Origin: Octopus sinensis
Taxonomy: Eukaryota
Assembly (NCBI RefSeq): GCF_006345805.1
Contig: NC_043006.1
Span: 54,374,001 to 54,438,000, forward strand
Reading direction: 5' to 3'
DNA length: 64,000 nt
Position 1 is the stretch's first letter. Every line of letters starts with the position of its first letter. The position numbers and the translations under genes are program-made. Below are positions 25,426 to 37,925 of this stretch, piece by piece. The notes beneath the pieces are model-generated. The model was given only the letters and a program-made list of their open reading frames with translations, was not told the origin of the DNA and made no database searches.

Positions 25426-25500
25426 TTGCCATAATAAAACTCTGAGTTTTGGATGTCGGAGCGGAAATCTGCTCCGGCATCTTGTCAGTTATTAAGACAA
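25426..25500 (-). ncRNA. Decayed type-I hammerhead ribozyme motif (Penelope-like element relic)
   Basis: ttgtcttaataa-CTGACAA-gatgccggagc agatttcc gctccgacatc c-AAAA-ctc a gag-TT-ttattatggcaa. Stems I, II and III pair; the core G residues are changed to A. Confidence 0.7.
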
Positions 25501-26544
25501 TCAAAAAATGCTCAACAGTTTTCAGGGAGATTCAGTGTAACAGAGAGTGTGATAATGTTGCCATTTGAAATACAAGTACAACTCATTTTTCCAGCTGAGT
25601 AGACTATTACATAATATATTAATTCCAAGAATGAAATAATGATATTACCTTCCTGGAATTATAGTTTTTATGAAATGGTTCTTTTAAGGAAAGCTGTTCA
25701 TTTCTATGCATTCTGTTGGCTAGTATTAGCAGGAGCACTAACTGAAGAAGCCACTCGGATTTCTCAATTTACTTTAATCTGCTATAAATACATGTTCATC
25801 CCTGGAAGTAATGAGGACCATCTAGTAATCCTTATGGATGACTGATGACTTGCATGGCAAACTTGTTTTGATTGGAGGAGAATTGCATGCTGTCAACCTT
25901 TCTCTTTCATCCTTGGCCATTTTCAATTCAGTGGCATGATAAAGTTGAGATAACTAGGGATGGAAACAGATGCGGTGGATTATCAAAATGTGATCAAAAT
26001 ATCTTGGTTGCCACATCTTACTCTCTGCAGTTTACAGTGCGTTTCTGCAGCTGACTTCTCCATTGAACAATTAAGGCTACTTCTGCAGAGTCCACAAGAT
26101 CCAGTCTTCTCATATATAGGTAAACAAGCCCATTATTGCTATTTAACCCATAACTAGGGACCCTGACAGGTGCTGCTATTCCTTGTCTGAGTACATCTGT
26201 GAACAATAATGGCAAAGAAATGGTTCTTCATTCCTCAAAAACATTGGAACTTTTGCACCAAGGCACAACTACTGGATGCAGTTTAAAGGATGTACATACA
26301 CATATGTGCACACACACACACACACACACACTCTTGACCAGGTCATCAGATGTTGTTATATGCTGCTAGTTACAATGTGCCTCCAATTTTGTCTTGATTG
26401 CACCATCCTTTTCTATCTTGACCCAAATTGCTTGACTAAATCATCTTCCCATCATCATGGAAGCCATCTAAGTGATCTTTTCCGATCTCTTGGATACCAT
26501 TCATACACACACACACTATGTGTGTGTGTGTATATATAAAAAAA

Positions 26545-26768
26545 TAAATGCGCTCCTTTTAAAGCCTATCCAGGCTCATGGGCCCGGTTTCCCAGTTTCA
26601 ATGGCGTATGTGTTCCCCAGCATTACTCATTTTTGCCAGCTGAGTGGACTGGGGCAACGTGAAATGAAGTGTTTCGCTCAAGAACATAACGTGTCACCTG
26701 GTCCAGGAATCAAAACTACAATCTTACGATCATGATGCTGACACCCTAACCACTAAGTCACGTGCCTC
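26545..26768 (-). mobile_element. Family C SINE (tRNA head, CORE-like domain)
   Basis: Reverse complement of 61256-61500 with an internal deletion. Confidence 0.82.
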
Positions 26769-26952
26769 AATGTGTGTGTGTATATATAAATATATATGGA
26801 GTGGGAGACATGTTTGAGTTTGTCTCTCTCTACTGGACAGTTGGTGTAAGTTTGTTTACATCCCTGTAACAGTAGATTGGTAAAATAGCTGATAGAATAA
26901 GTATCGAGGTTAATTTCATTGATTCCTTCTCTAAAAATAAAAGTGTTTAGCA

Positions 26953-27008
26953 TCTAATTAAATGTGACATGAAGCTCACTTGGGGAGCTTCGTGTCACAT
27001 TTGATAGA
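26953..27008. other. Compact inverted repeat / pre-miRNA-like hairpin
   Basis: aaatgtgacatgaagctc-acttggg-gagcttcgtgtcacattt: 18 bp with one G-U pair, extendable to about 24 bp. Confidence 0.85.
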
Positions 27009-27450
27009 CAATGATAGACAGTGACACCACTGCAATCGCATACTTGAATTATTCATCTCCATTTTTTAATAAACCTTCATTTGGTGAAAAACTCTAAAAA
27101 ACTTGATTAAAATTTGAACTCAGAATTATCATTAGCATAATTTGAAATCCATATTAAATGCTTGCATGGATTGGATGGATTGACAGGATCCAATGGGTCA
27201 ATGGTCTGTGTTATGCTTCAGTGTCTGTTTTGGCATGGTCTCTATGTCTGGACGCCCTTCCTAACACCAACCACTTTATAGAATATATTGGGTGTTTTTT
27301 CATGCCATCAGCTCTTGTGAGGTCACCATGCTGCAAGGCAACAAATTCTGAGTGTGGGATGCAGGTAATTTTTTTTTTTGTTTTGAAATATTGATTAGCA
27401 ATAATCAGGCATGTCCTTTTTTTCACTCTTTTCTATATTTTGTTCTTCAG

Positions 27451-27562
27451 TCTTGAATGAACGTCTTGATAAAAGAGTTGATGACATGCTTCAGCGAGGT
27501 CTTGTCAGTGAGCTGCTAGATTTCCACAAACAGTACAATGAATCCAGGATAAAAGAAGGCAT
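27451..27562 (+). CDS. TRIT1: Internal coding exon of tRNA dimethylallyltransferase (tRNA isopentenyltransferase)
   Basis: Acceptor ttttgttcttcag, donor gtaagt, 112 bp, phase 1 in and phase 2 out. It translates to (V)[36 protein letters not shown], matching the IPPT/MiaA-family segment [22 protein letters not shown]. It is absent from the ORF track. Confidence 0.95.
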
Positions 27563-27626
27563 GTAAGTTGAACAATCTTATTATATTTCTTGTTCAATAC
27601 CATCTTATTTGAAGTTGGTAATATAT

Positions 27627-27677
<51 letters not shown>

Positions 27678-28125
27678 GGCACATGGCCTAGTGGTTAGGG
27701 TGTTACACTCACAATCGTGAGATCACGGTTTCAATTCCCAGATCAGGTGGTGCATTATATTCATAATTGTTTTCGGTATCTATGCAGTCATAAGCAGACA
27801 CAGGTACTCTCTCAGCCCTTTTACTTTTGAATCAACAGAATTTCAAGGAGGTGACAACTAAAGTCAGAGAGAGAGAGCTGTATCATCAGTTGATTGTATC
27901 ATCAGCTGAGTAGATTGAAGCAAATGAAATGTATCACCTCAAGACACAGCAAACTTTCTGGTCCAGGAATTGATCATGAACTTAATTCTCTAACCATCAG
28001 GTCAAAAGCCTTTATATTTCAATATCGTTCTTTTGTTTTTCCGTCTGTTTTATCATCCGAGTATGGGTTTGATAAATGTATTACTGAGGTATTGTAGTTC
28101 AGCACAAGTGTAAACAAACATGCAC

Positions 28126-28129
<4 letters not shown>

Positions 28130-28200
<71 letters not shown>
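28130..28200. repeat. (GA)n microsatellite
   Basis: About 32 GA units; a similar tract is at 37659-37709. Confidence 0.95.
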
Positions 28201-29047
28201 CACATACACATACACACAAAATTAAATAAATGACAAAGGAATTATATATTGAACTTCATTAGCTTACACTTGTTTCTTGTATAGGATGCAAATGCTTTAT
28301 TCTGAAGCATATATATTTTGAGTTCTAACACTAGGTATCACTATGCCTATGCAAAACATGAAAATGCACACAAACATACATATACATACATACAAAATTG
28401 ACTTTCAGTTTCTGTTTGCCAAATCCACTCATGCTTTAGTCAGTTCAGGGTTATAGTAAAAGACAAGGTGCTGTGCAGAGGGACTGAACCCAAAACTACA
28501 TAGTTGGGAAATGAAGTTTAACCACATGGACATGCATGTGCATGTTATATGTAGAGGCAGGCATGGCTGTGTGATTAAGAAGTTCTCTTTCCGACCATAA
28601 AGTTTTGAATTCTAAAAATTGCTGCTCGGTTTTTATTTCCTTTCTCTGAAAAAGACAGAAATTTCAATTAATAATTGTTTGTGAATAACATTCAGTACAA
28701 AATGTCAGGACTTAATCTAACAATTCTTAGTTGTATCCATTACTTGCTTTAATTGTTTATTGGGTTGTTTCTCAATTAAATATAGTATATTTGTATTGTC
28801 CTTGAGGGTACTTATTACTAGGTAAACAGCTTGGATTCGACCATAAAAAGATATTATTTTTGATGATACTGTAATATATTAGAGTGGAAGTAGAGTAGAA
28901 TTCTTGTAGACTAGTCAAGTTCATGACACCATTAAAAATAGTTGCTCACCTAACAATGACAGTAAAATGGTAGTGGTGGCAACGGTGCCGGCAGCAGTGA
29001 TGATAATGATGATGATGGCTGTAAGGAGAAAGAAGAAATGAGTGTAA

Positions 29048-29265
29048 CTCTAGCATTCAGATTACTATGTCAAATACAACGCTTATTTATTCATATTATT
29101 TTGAATTAATTATACATTATCTTGTAGCTTCAAGAATACTGTAGTATTATTGTTTCTTTTTAGAATGACATTGTAGGGTAGGTATGAGAGGTCAAATCTG
29201 GCTGGTTTGAACATAAAACAGGTAAAATATTTGGGCTAGATATGGCTGGTTTAAATACCAAAGGG
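29048..29265. mobile_element. piggyBac-type MITE
   Basis: Same internal sequence as 2528-2758; right end aaaggg|ttaa. Confidence 0.8.
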
Positions 29266-29417
29266 TTAAGCACTTTTGTTGGATGTGTTTCTATGGTAAC
29301 ATACTCTGATTGATGCACTGTACTCTATGTAACCAAGCATTTATATGATATAGAATATGACTTCAGTTCTGTAGATATCAGATGCTAAACTTGTGCATTG
29401 CTTTTAAATTTTTGATT

Positions 29418-29642
29418 GGTGTAGGAGTGGCTGTGTGGTAAGTAGCTTGCTTACGAACCATATATGTGTATGTGTATATGTTTGTCTGTCTGTGTTTGTT
29501 CTCCCGTAACTTAGCAGTTCAGCAACAGAGACCAATAGAATAAGTACTAGGCTTACAAAGAATAAGTCCTGGTGTTGATTTGCTCGACTAAAGGCAGTGC
29601 TCCAGCATGGCCACAGTCAAATGACTGAAATAAGTAAAAGAG
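29418..29642 (+). mobile_element. Family A SINE with internal deletion
   Basis: The head is joined directly to the central microsatellite and tail. Confidence 0.85.
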
Positions 29643-30140
29643 TTCCTGTGGCACTAGATCCTAAGCTATTCAAACTGCTGCTACTTCGAGAACAACAACA
29701 TAAACTACTAAATACAACCACAGCAACAACAGCAACATGTACTGCTGCTAAAACAACTAATTAATAAATCAATAAGATATGGTAGGTCAGTTAGGAAATC
29801 ACTAACATCTTACATAGCAGGGACCTAATAAAACAGTAGGGTGGATTATGAACATAACATAATGGCCAAGGATTTTGCTATTTTCACTTTGTAAAGAGTA
29901 TTTCAGTATGAAATAAGTTCTTCTTTGAGAGCTAAATAAAGATTGGACCATTAACTTCATGTTATATATTTTCATTTCCTACTCTGTTTCAGTCAGTATG
30001 GTCTTGGCTAATAGTGCGCAACTACCATATGCTTCTATACATACTTACATTATACCATTCCCGCTGCGCAAGCTTTGATCATAGAAACACTTACTGAAAT
30101 ACAGTTTCAGTATTAGCTTAGAGATCTTTTGAGAGTTGCA

Positions 30141-30560
30141 CCTTCCTCAATGCTACATCTCTCACAAATGCTGACCAGGCCTGGTGATTTGAGGCTAATG
30201 ACCGCCTGATCTCCAACCACTCCTTATTCCAGTGTTGAATGCCGTAGACATGGGGCCCTAGGTTGGATTCCAGATCAGTCTTGACTGTCATCAGCCAGCT
30301 TTTTCATTGTCCACCACATTGCTATCATCAACCCTGTGGTGGACAATGAAAAACCTGGCTGATGACAGTCAAGGCTGAACTGGAACCCAACCTAGGCTCC
30401 CATGTCTACGACATTCACCGCTGGAATAAGGAGTGATTGGAGATCACGCGGTCGTTAGCCTCAAATCGCCAGGCCTGGTCGGCGTTTGTGAGAGATGCAG
30501 CATTGAGGATGAATGAAGCCAGCTCAACCCACCCTGGGTGAATGCTGTCTCAAGAAGAAG
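30141..30560 (+). mobile_element. RTE-clade LINE 3' end with inverted duplication (fold-back)
   Basis: The right arm encodes GGQ*KTWLMTVKAELEPNLGSHVYDIHRWNKE*LEITRSLASNRQAWSAFVRDAA...SSTHPG*, then a gaagaag tail. The left arm 30144-30318 is its reverse complement. TSD agttgca. Confidence 0.88.
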
Positions 30561-32710
30561 TTGCATTAGCTGTTTGTGACTTTAAACTTAGCATACATAG
30601 GACATCATGACTGCCATCATCATCATCATCATCTTCACTATTATCATTGTTATTGTTTTAACTTCCAGTTTTCCATTCTTGCATGAATCAGACAGAATTC
30701 ATTGAATTAGATTGTTATGGTCGGATGTCCTTCTTGTTACCAACCCTCATCTGTTCCCATGTAAAGGTAATATTTCCCCGTGGCCAGATATGTTTTCATG
30801 GAAGATTGGAAATAACAACAACAACAACAACAACACATGCACACACATTATATTTAAGGGGTTTAGGATTTTTTTAAAAACTTGAATATCATTCATGTAC
30901 GTTATCAAAGTCTTTCTAATCTTGAAAGTAGAGATTAATGAGTTGATTTGGTGCTGAGCAGCTAACAAAGAGGAAGAATAGTCAATGTGCTATCATCACC
31001 ACTGCATTTTGTCATGTGACTCACTATTTAACCCTCAGTAGCTAAGTGTACCTTATTCTATGTAGGTACCATGGAGTGTAGAACACTGCAGTAGTGAAAA
31101 AAATAGAAACCCCTCTCATAAACCAAAAGTCTTTTTCAGAATATTGTTTGTTCCTCATTTTATTAATGCTATGAGGTTGGATATAGAGAGAGATAAGCAT
31201 TGGTGCCATCGGTCCTTCTGATTCTCAGAATTTGTGAGCTAACTTAATAATATTCTCACAGCCATTCTACTTTTGATCAGCTCCTTACAAGTAATACATA
31301 ACAATAAAACTTATTTTAAAACCTTTACACACCCTGTCTGTCAGTCTGTCACTTTTTGTCTGTCTCTCCCTCTCACTCTTTCTGTCTCCCTCTCACTCTC
31401 ACACACATGCACACAGACATACATGCACATACACACACACAGAGAATGTTTTTAAAATGCATTTTTACTTAGATATAAAGCATTGAGATATTAAAATACT
31501 AGTACATTACAGTTTAACCAAATGATGACAGTAATGATAATGATGTTTTTTTTTAAAAACAAAAAAAAAATTAGAATTAGGGATCGCCTTTGTAAGAGTT
31601 CTGGCTGAAAAGTCACTAATAATGTAACAGGATGTTTACAAATGTTTCTTTTTGTTGAAAAACAAAACCAAAACGTTTGTACCTATAATCTATCATGTAC
31701 GTAACAGGTGTTTAGAATCACCTGACTACCTCATTAATGGAAATTGTTTTTGTTTTTTACCAAGTACCCTTCAACTCCTTCTCTTAGAATCAACATCTGT
31801 CACCATTCAGAATAATGTTACAAGAGAGAAGAAGAGATGATGATTAGTTTGTTTTCTTTTGTTATTGTTCATAATGAAATATAATTTATTCAGAAATGTT
31901 TTGGGCCATTAGAAAATAACAAAAATTAAAAAGTGTTGTATAAGTTAGGCTGTTTAGCCTCATGTACTACATACTTTTCAGATTTTTTTCTCTTTCTCTC
32001 TTTCCTTTATAATGTACCCATATGTCTATTTTGTTTCTTTTATTAGTCACAGTCATTGGACTGCAGCCACACATAGGATACCACCTTCAAGGGTTTGGGC
32101 AATAGAATTGATCCCTCCTCCAGTTCACTGATTTCAGTTGTGCCTTAACTTTGTTGATCTATATTTGCTAAGCTGGTAAAGTATGGAGCATGAAATGATA
32201 CAGCATACAACACCATTTGTTTTAGACTGGTCTAAATATGAACACAGATTCCTGCACACATGCGCAATACAAACACACACCATCATCATCATAATTTAAT
32301 ATCCATTTTTCATGCTGGCATGTGTTGGACAGTTTGACAGAAGCTGACAAACCAGGGGACTGTCCAAGCTCCAATGTCTACTCTGACATGGTTTCTACAG
32401 CTGGATATGCTTTTCTAATGCCAACCACTCCACAAAGTGTAGTGGTTGCATCTTAACGAAGATGCCCATCATGAGTGCTGTCCAGTGACTTAAACAAGTA
32501 AAGAAATAAAATAAATTAGTCCAGAAAGGTAAAAGCAAGGACCATGCTCTTTGTATAGATCGATTTCATTGCTAATTAATTTGAACATTTGTATGTACAT
32601 TTGTTGAACATTTGCAAGAAGAATATGATTGGGACAGCAGTATATGGGGTTGAAGAATTTCAGATAATTGGATTGTTGATTTGTGTATGTTATGAAAGGT
32701 GGGAAATTAA

Positions 32711-33478
32711 CCCCTTAATGGATCAATTATTTTGACATGGCATTTCATTTCAGAGCATATTTTAAAATTTCCTTTTTTAATTATATACACTGTTAATTAC
32801 AAAAAAAGTTTTTTTTATCTTGTTTCCTTTTTTTTTTATTATAGAAATTAAAATGTACTTTTACTCATTTGGATTTAAATGAGTTAACTCGGACATTGAA
32901 AAAATACATATAACTTAACTATCTTTGATTTTTTTATAAGATGTATTGCTTTTAAATCAAAGGAAAATTTTTTTTTAAATGAGATAGACAGTTTGTTTAG
33001 AATGGTAATTTTTAAAACAAGGAGTTACACACAAAGTTATCTTGCAGACATCACACATGTCTACTTTCTCTACGAATCTTCTTTCCTTTAGCGTCTCTCT
33101 TATCTGCTCATTTTGCACACTGTCTTGTAGAGTTCTTTTTCTTCTCACTTGGTGGTATTTCCATGGGAAAGTGACCAGCTGGTGCAAATCTTGTTGGATG
33201 TGGGATCGATGATGGTCTTCCTGGTTTTGTGGGAGGTAATAAGGGCCTATATTTTTCAATAATCTTGGTGATTATTTGCATTCTAAATTTCAGCGGTTTC
33301 ATAGCAGAAGCTGAAGTTTCCAAAAATGCTTTATACAAAACATAATAAACAATGACACAAAACAAATAAACTTGTTTGAGTGCTAAAATTAAAAGTTAAT
33401 TTTGACCAAGTATACTCATCTGTTCTAAAAAGATACATTTGTGATGCACAAGTAAACTCGGGATAATCCATTAAGGGG
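32711..33478 (-). mobile_element. Internally deleted piggyBac transposon (768 bp) retaining the transposase C-terminal cysteine-rich domain
   Basis: TTAA at 32707-32710 and 33479-33482; perfect 13-bp TIR CCCCTTAATGGAT. Broken peptide YVLYK..KPLKFRMQII..GRPS..HPTRF..GHFPMEIPP..RQCAK*..RRESR/CDVCKITLCVTPCFKNYH (PGBD4-like). Confidence 0.93.
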
Positions 33479-33539
33479 TTAAGATTATAGGAGGAGTGTG
33501 ATGTATTTGTCACTTAATTCTGAGAGGAATAACTATGCA

Positions 33540-33920
33540 GCTAGCTCATTCAGAGGTGCAGAGTAATGTAAGAAAAGACAAAGAGTTTAAATTTAGCATC
33601 TATGGACCAGAGGTTGTGTGTGAGTGAGTGAAGCATTGTCAGTTAGTCAAATGGCTTTTGTTTGGGTGTGATCAAAGATCAGTATATTTGTGCAATAGCA
33701 GTACACTTCCAGAAGTGACGGTAGCATAGCAATGTGACTTTAACTTGAACTTTGTAGAGGGTCTGCATTTGGTCAGGATCAGGAATGAAGTATTTTCTGG
33801 CTTGGGAAAAGAATCTTAATTTTTGTGATGCAGTTTTGGTAATATTACATATGTGGGATTGCACCTGATATATCAAGACATTAAGACCAAAACTCCATAT
33901 AATACAGTGAAAATAAATAT
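33540..33920 (-). mobile_element. Degraded CR1/Jockey-group LINE ORF2 fragment
   Basis: SHICNITKTASQKLRFFSQARKYFIPD..QMQTLYKVQVKVTLLCYRHFW. Confidence 0.75.
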
Positions 33921-34909
33921 TACACATTACTCACTAAAGATTTCAGAAAAAAATTTTTAATATGCTACATTTAAATCAGCTTTCAGACATCCGAGATCTA
34001 TCATAAGTCTGTTTTGAGAGTCAGCCATATTTACCTTTCAAAATAAGAAACTACACAAAAAAAAAGGTCATGCAGTTTGTAAATAAGAGCCTTCAAAAGT
34101 AATTTTTAATATTGGTTTTAGAATATGTATTTTTGCCATAAATTAGTGTGTCTGTGTGTGTAATTGTTTTAGTGCGTAAGTAATGACTGACACATGTAGG
34201 CCTGCTGCCACAGATTTCTTCCTAAGTCTTTTTTTCTGATGTCATTCATCATCCTTGACAATATGACAATGTACAGTATAGCATGGCAGAAAGTAATGAT
34301 CCAGTGGTGAACTGTTACTGTTGAAGTGTATGTCTCCATTATACATTGCCTTCACAATGGAATTACACTTACACACAGACACACATATGCACAGAGTGAT
34401 ATAACTATAGCCCTCAACCAAACTCCACTTATTTTTATTAAATTATTAAATTATTTTTATTATTAAATCAGTCATTTTTATTAAATCATTATGTGCAGGC
34501 ATGGCTATGTGCTTAAGAAGTTTGCTTCACAACTAAGTGGTTTTGAGTTTAGACCCATTGCAAGGCACCTTAGGCAAGTGTCTTCTAGTATAGCTAACGA
34601 AAGTCTGATGAGTGAATTTGATTGGTAGAAACTGAAACAAAGGTCCTCATATATATGTGAGTGTTTGTGTGTGTCCTTGTCTTTGACATTGTGTGCTAAT
34701 TGTAAACAAACAGCATTGTCACACAAGCAGGGTTGTTTATTTGCAATCAAATTCAATGAAAATGTATTTAGACTGAAACAGGTGAAGGTTAGCAACAAGA
34801 GAGCATCCAGCCACAAAATATCTAACTCAATGAATTTTGTCTGACCCGTACAAGCATGGAAAGACAGACATTAAAGCCTAATGCTGTCCAAACAGATGGG
34901 ATGGTCACA

Positions 34910-35150
34910 GATAGGGAGTGTTTTTGATCATGTGTGTGCTCATCAGAGGCAAACTGGAACCAAACAACAGCAGATGTAATCCACCACAATCTATATTGTC
35001 ATAATGAACAGGGTTACAAGATTGATGTGCAATTGTTACACTTGTCAAACTGATTTCTACACAATGTTGTTTCTCTAATTGCTGAAACATAGATCTTTTG
35101 TCAATCTTTATAACAAATGAGCAAGTACAGATTTTATAAACCTTCATTGC
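34910..35150 (-). mobile_element. Possible Penelope-like element 3' end
   Basis: Broken peptide ..KICTCSF../..IRETTLCRNQFD resembles the GIY-YIG tail (KPTLCRQKEF), followed by ctgatgag...caaaaac, a decayed hammerhead core. Confidence 0.35.
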
Positions 35151-35559
35151 AGACCTGACTTTTTATACAAATTTTAACATTTGTCACCGAGGGAAAGCAA
35201 ATATAAAAATGGTAGTGATATGATAATCTTTGCTTTTATTCCCTCCCCTTACCAAGAACCTTCATGTAGCTGTCTTACTGTTTCTCTCTTCCATTCTTTG
35301 CTTTCCTGTTCCCCACTCTCCCTACATCTCTGGTTCTCTCCTTTTACTTTTCCACTTTCTCATTGTGGTTATTTGTCATCCAGTTGTATGGAAAGGAACT
35401 AACAGAGATAATGCATGGAAAATAAGACTCTCCTTTAGTTGTGCTTGAGATGAAACTGCTTTGGAATGTCTAATTTGTCTTGTAGGGACAACACAACCTC
35501 TCTAATGTTAATCATTAAATGACACAAAAATTTTTTCAGAAAGTACATCTATTTATACT

Positions 35560-35868
35560 GTTACTCTTATTTGTTTCAGTCATTTGACTGCGGCTATGCT
35601 GAAGTACTGCCTTTCTTTTAGTCAAGCAAATCAACCCCAGGACTTATCTTTTGTAAGCCTAGTACTTATTCTCTTTTGCTGAACCGCTAAGTTACGGGGA
35701 CGTAAACACATCACCATCAGTTGTCAAGCGATGTTAGTGGGGACAAACACACACACACATATATATATACATATATATACGACAGGCTTCTTTCAGTTTC
35801 CATCTACCAAATCCACTCACAAGGTTTTGGTCGGCCTGAGGCCATAGTAGAAGATACTTGCCCAAGGT
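35560..35868 (-). mobile_element. Family A SINE, 5'-truncated
   Basis: Tail and central part present. Confidence 0.85.
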
Positions 35869-36182
35869 AAAATAAAAGTACCAATCAGGTACTGAGGTTG
35901 ATGATATTAACTAACACCACTCCACTCAAAATTGCTGGCCTTGTGCTGAAATTAGATAGAAAGAATTGTTATTATTATTATTATTCAGATTCCGCTGAGG
36001 TCGACTTTACCTTTCATCCTTTCAGGATTGATAAAATAAGTACCAGTTGAACACGGGGGGGGGGGTCAATGTAATCAACCCATCTCCTCCCTCCAAATTA
36101 CTGCCCTTGTGGCAAAATTTGGAGCTTTTATTATTATTATTATTCAGGCTTTGTGCCTATAACAGAAAGGATTATTATTGTT

Positions 36183-36229
<47 letters not shown>

Positions 36230-36922
36230 ATGCATTCAATGTAAAATATGTCTTCGACATCTGTTCTAGCACAGCTGTATATCTGCTTATGAAAGCCAAT
36301 CACTTTTAAGTAACCCAACGTTATTTTAATTGTCACTTGAGTGCTATTAAGGGAATCTTTCAAAATTCCATAAGTACCGCGATAAATATGAGGTGGTATG
36401 GGTTAGATCCCACACTTCTACTTCACTTGGAACTGTTTTTCTTCTCCCTCTTCCTCCCTCTCTCTTTGTGTTTCTTTTTTCTTTTTTTTCTTTTGGTGAG
36501 GGGTGTGCTTATTTGTTTGTTATTGTTTTCGTGAAGTGATTACTTCAGAGGAAGTAAAGAAAGGCAGAACTGAAGAAACAATGAAATAATAATAGTTATG
36601 ATTATAGAGGATGTTGTGCCTGTATAATGGTGATAGCGGAGATGGTGGTGTACTGCATGTTATTATGGTGATGCTGTTGAGATAGAATTGCGGATGCTGT
36701 TGAGGATGATACTAATGTTGCTGACGTCATCGTTGCGAGTGATGTTAATGCTGCTGTTTAACCCCACATCAGCTCTGATCAAGCAACACTATGATCACAG
36801 GCATACCAATTGTGACCGCCCTTTCTTTCAAGTTTCAGATCTCTGTCCATTTTCCAAGGATCTTCTTTAGTCAACTTTGTTGATTGTTTTGCAATGATAT
36901 TTTGTCAAGTAACTGAATTCGA

Positions 36923-37369
36923 TGACTGGCACCCGTACCAGTGGAGCGCTAACAGCTCCATCCGAGCGGGATCACTGCCAGAGCAGCTGTCTGGCTTCCA
37001 TGCCAGTGGCATGTAAAAAGCACCATTTGAGCATGATCATTACCAGTGTCACCTTACTGGCACGTGAATAAAGCAGTCAAGCGAGGTCGTTGCCAGTGCC
37101 ACTGGACTGACTCCTGTGCAGGTAGCACGTAAAAAACACCATTTGAGCGTGGTCTTTACCAGTACCGTCAGACTGGCCCTCGTGCCAGTGGCACATAAAA
37201 GCACCCACTACACTCTCAGAGTGGTTGGCATTAGGAAGGGTATCCAGCTGTAGAAACTCTGCCAGATCAGATTGAAGCCTGGTGCAGCCATCTGGTTCGC
37301 CAGTCCTCAGTCAAATCATCCAACCCATGCTAGCATGGAAAGCGGACGTTAAACGATGATGATGATGAT
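36923..37369 (+). mobile_element. RTE-related 3' UTR / SINE-like element (family D) with internal tandem sub-repeats
   Basis: Repeated gccagtggcacgtaaaaagcacc units and tail catggaaagcggacgttaaacgatgatgatgat. Partial copies at 50265-50440 and 58470-58700. Confidence 0.8.
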
Positions 37370-37654
37370 TCATTTTCATCAATCAGTTTTGCTTGGAATT
37401 GTAGAACAGGAAGCTGTCCTTCACAGAGATGTTGAGATCATTAACCTTTTAGCATTTAAACAGGCCATAATCAACCCAAATATTTGACCCGTTTTATCTT
37501 CAAACTGGCCAAGTCTGGTCTCTCACACCTTCCCTACAATATAAAAATAAACGATCACATCACCAGGATCTCAAAGCTATGTGATAATGTGATAATGCAT
37601 TATCAATTTAAACAATGTGAATAGATGATATATACAGAGAGAGTGGGAAGACAG

Positions 37655-37712
<58 letters not shown>

Positions 37713-37925
37713 CTAAAAGACTGTAATAAAAAAAAAAACTGCATATATGTATAGTTCTCTATCTTTATTTTAATGTCAACATGGCCACAGTCTTTGGGCT
37801 GACACATATAAAAGAAATATTGTGCCCCAGCATGACTGCAGCTTTAAAGCTGAAACAATTTAAAGAAAATATGTATAGATATATATGTACATACACATAT
37901 ATATACATGAAGGCTTAGATTAGTC

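Noticed and set aside
36923-37210. Regularly recurring ~25-bp motif resembling a CRISPR array
   Set aside because: The context is eukaryotic, the intervening segments are related to each other, there are no cas genes, and it is part of a retroelement 3' region.
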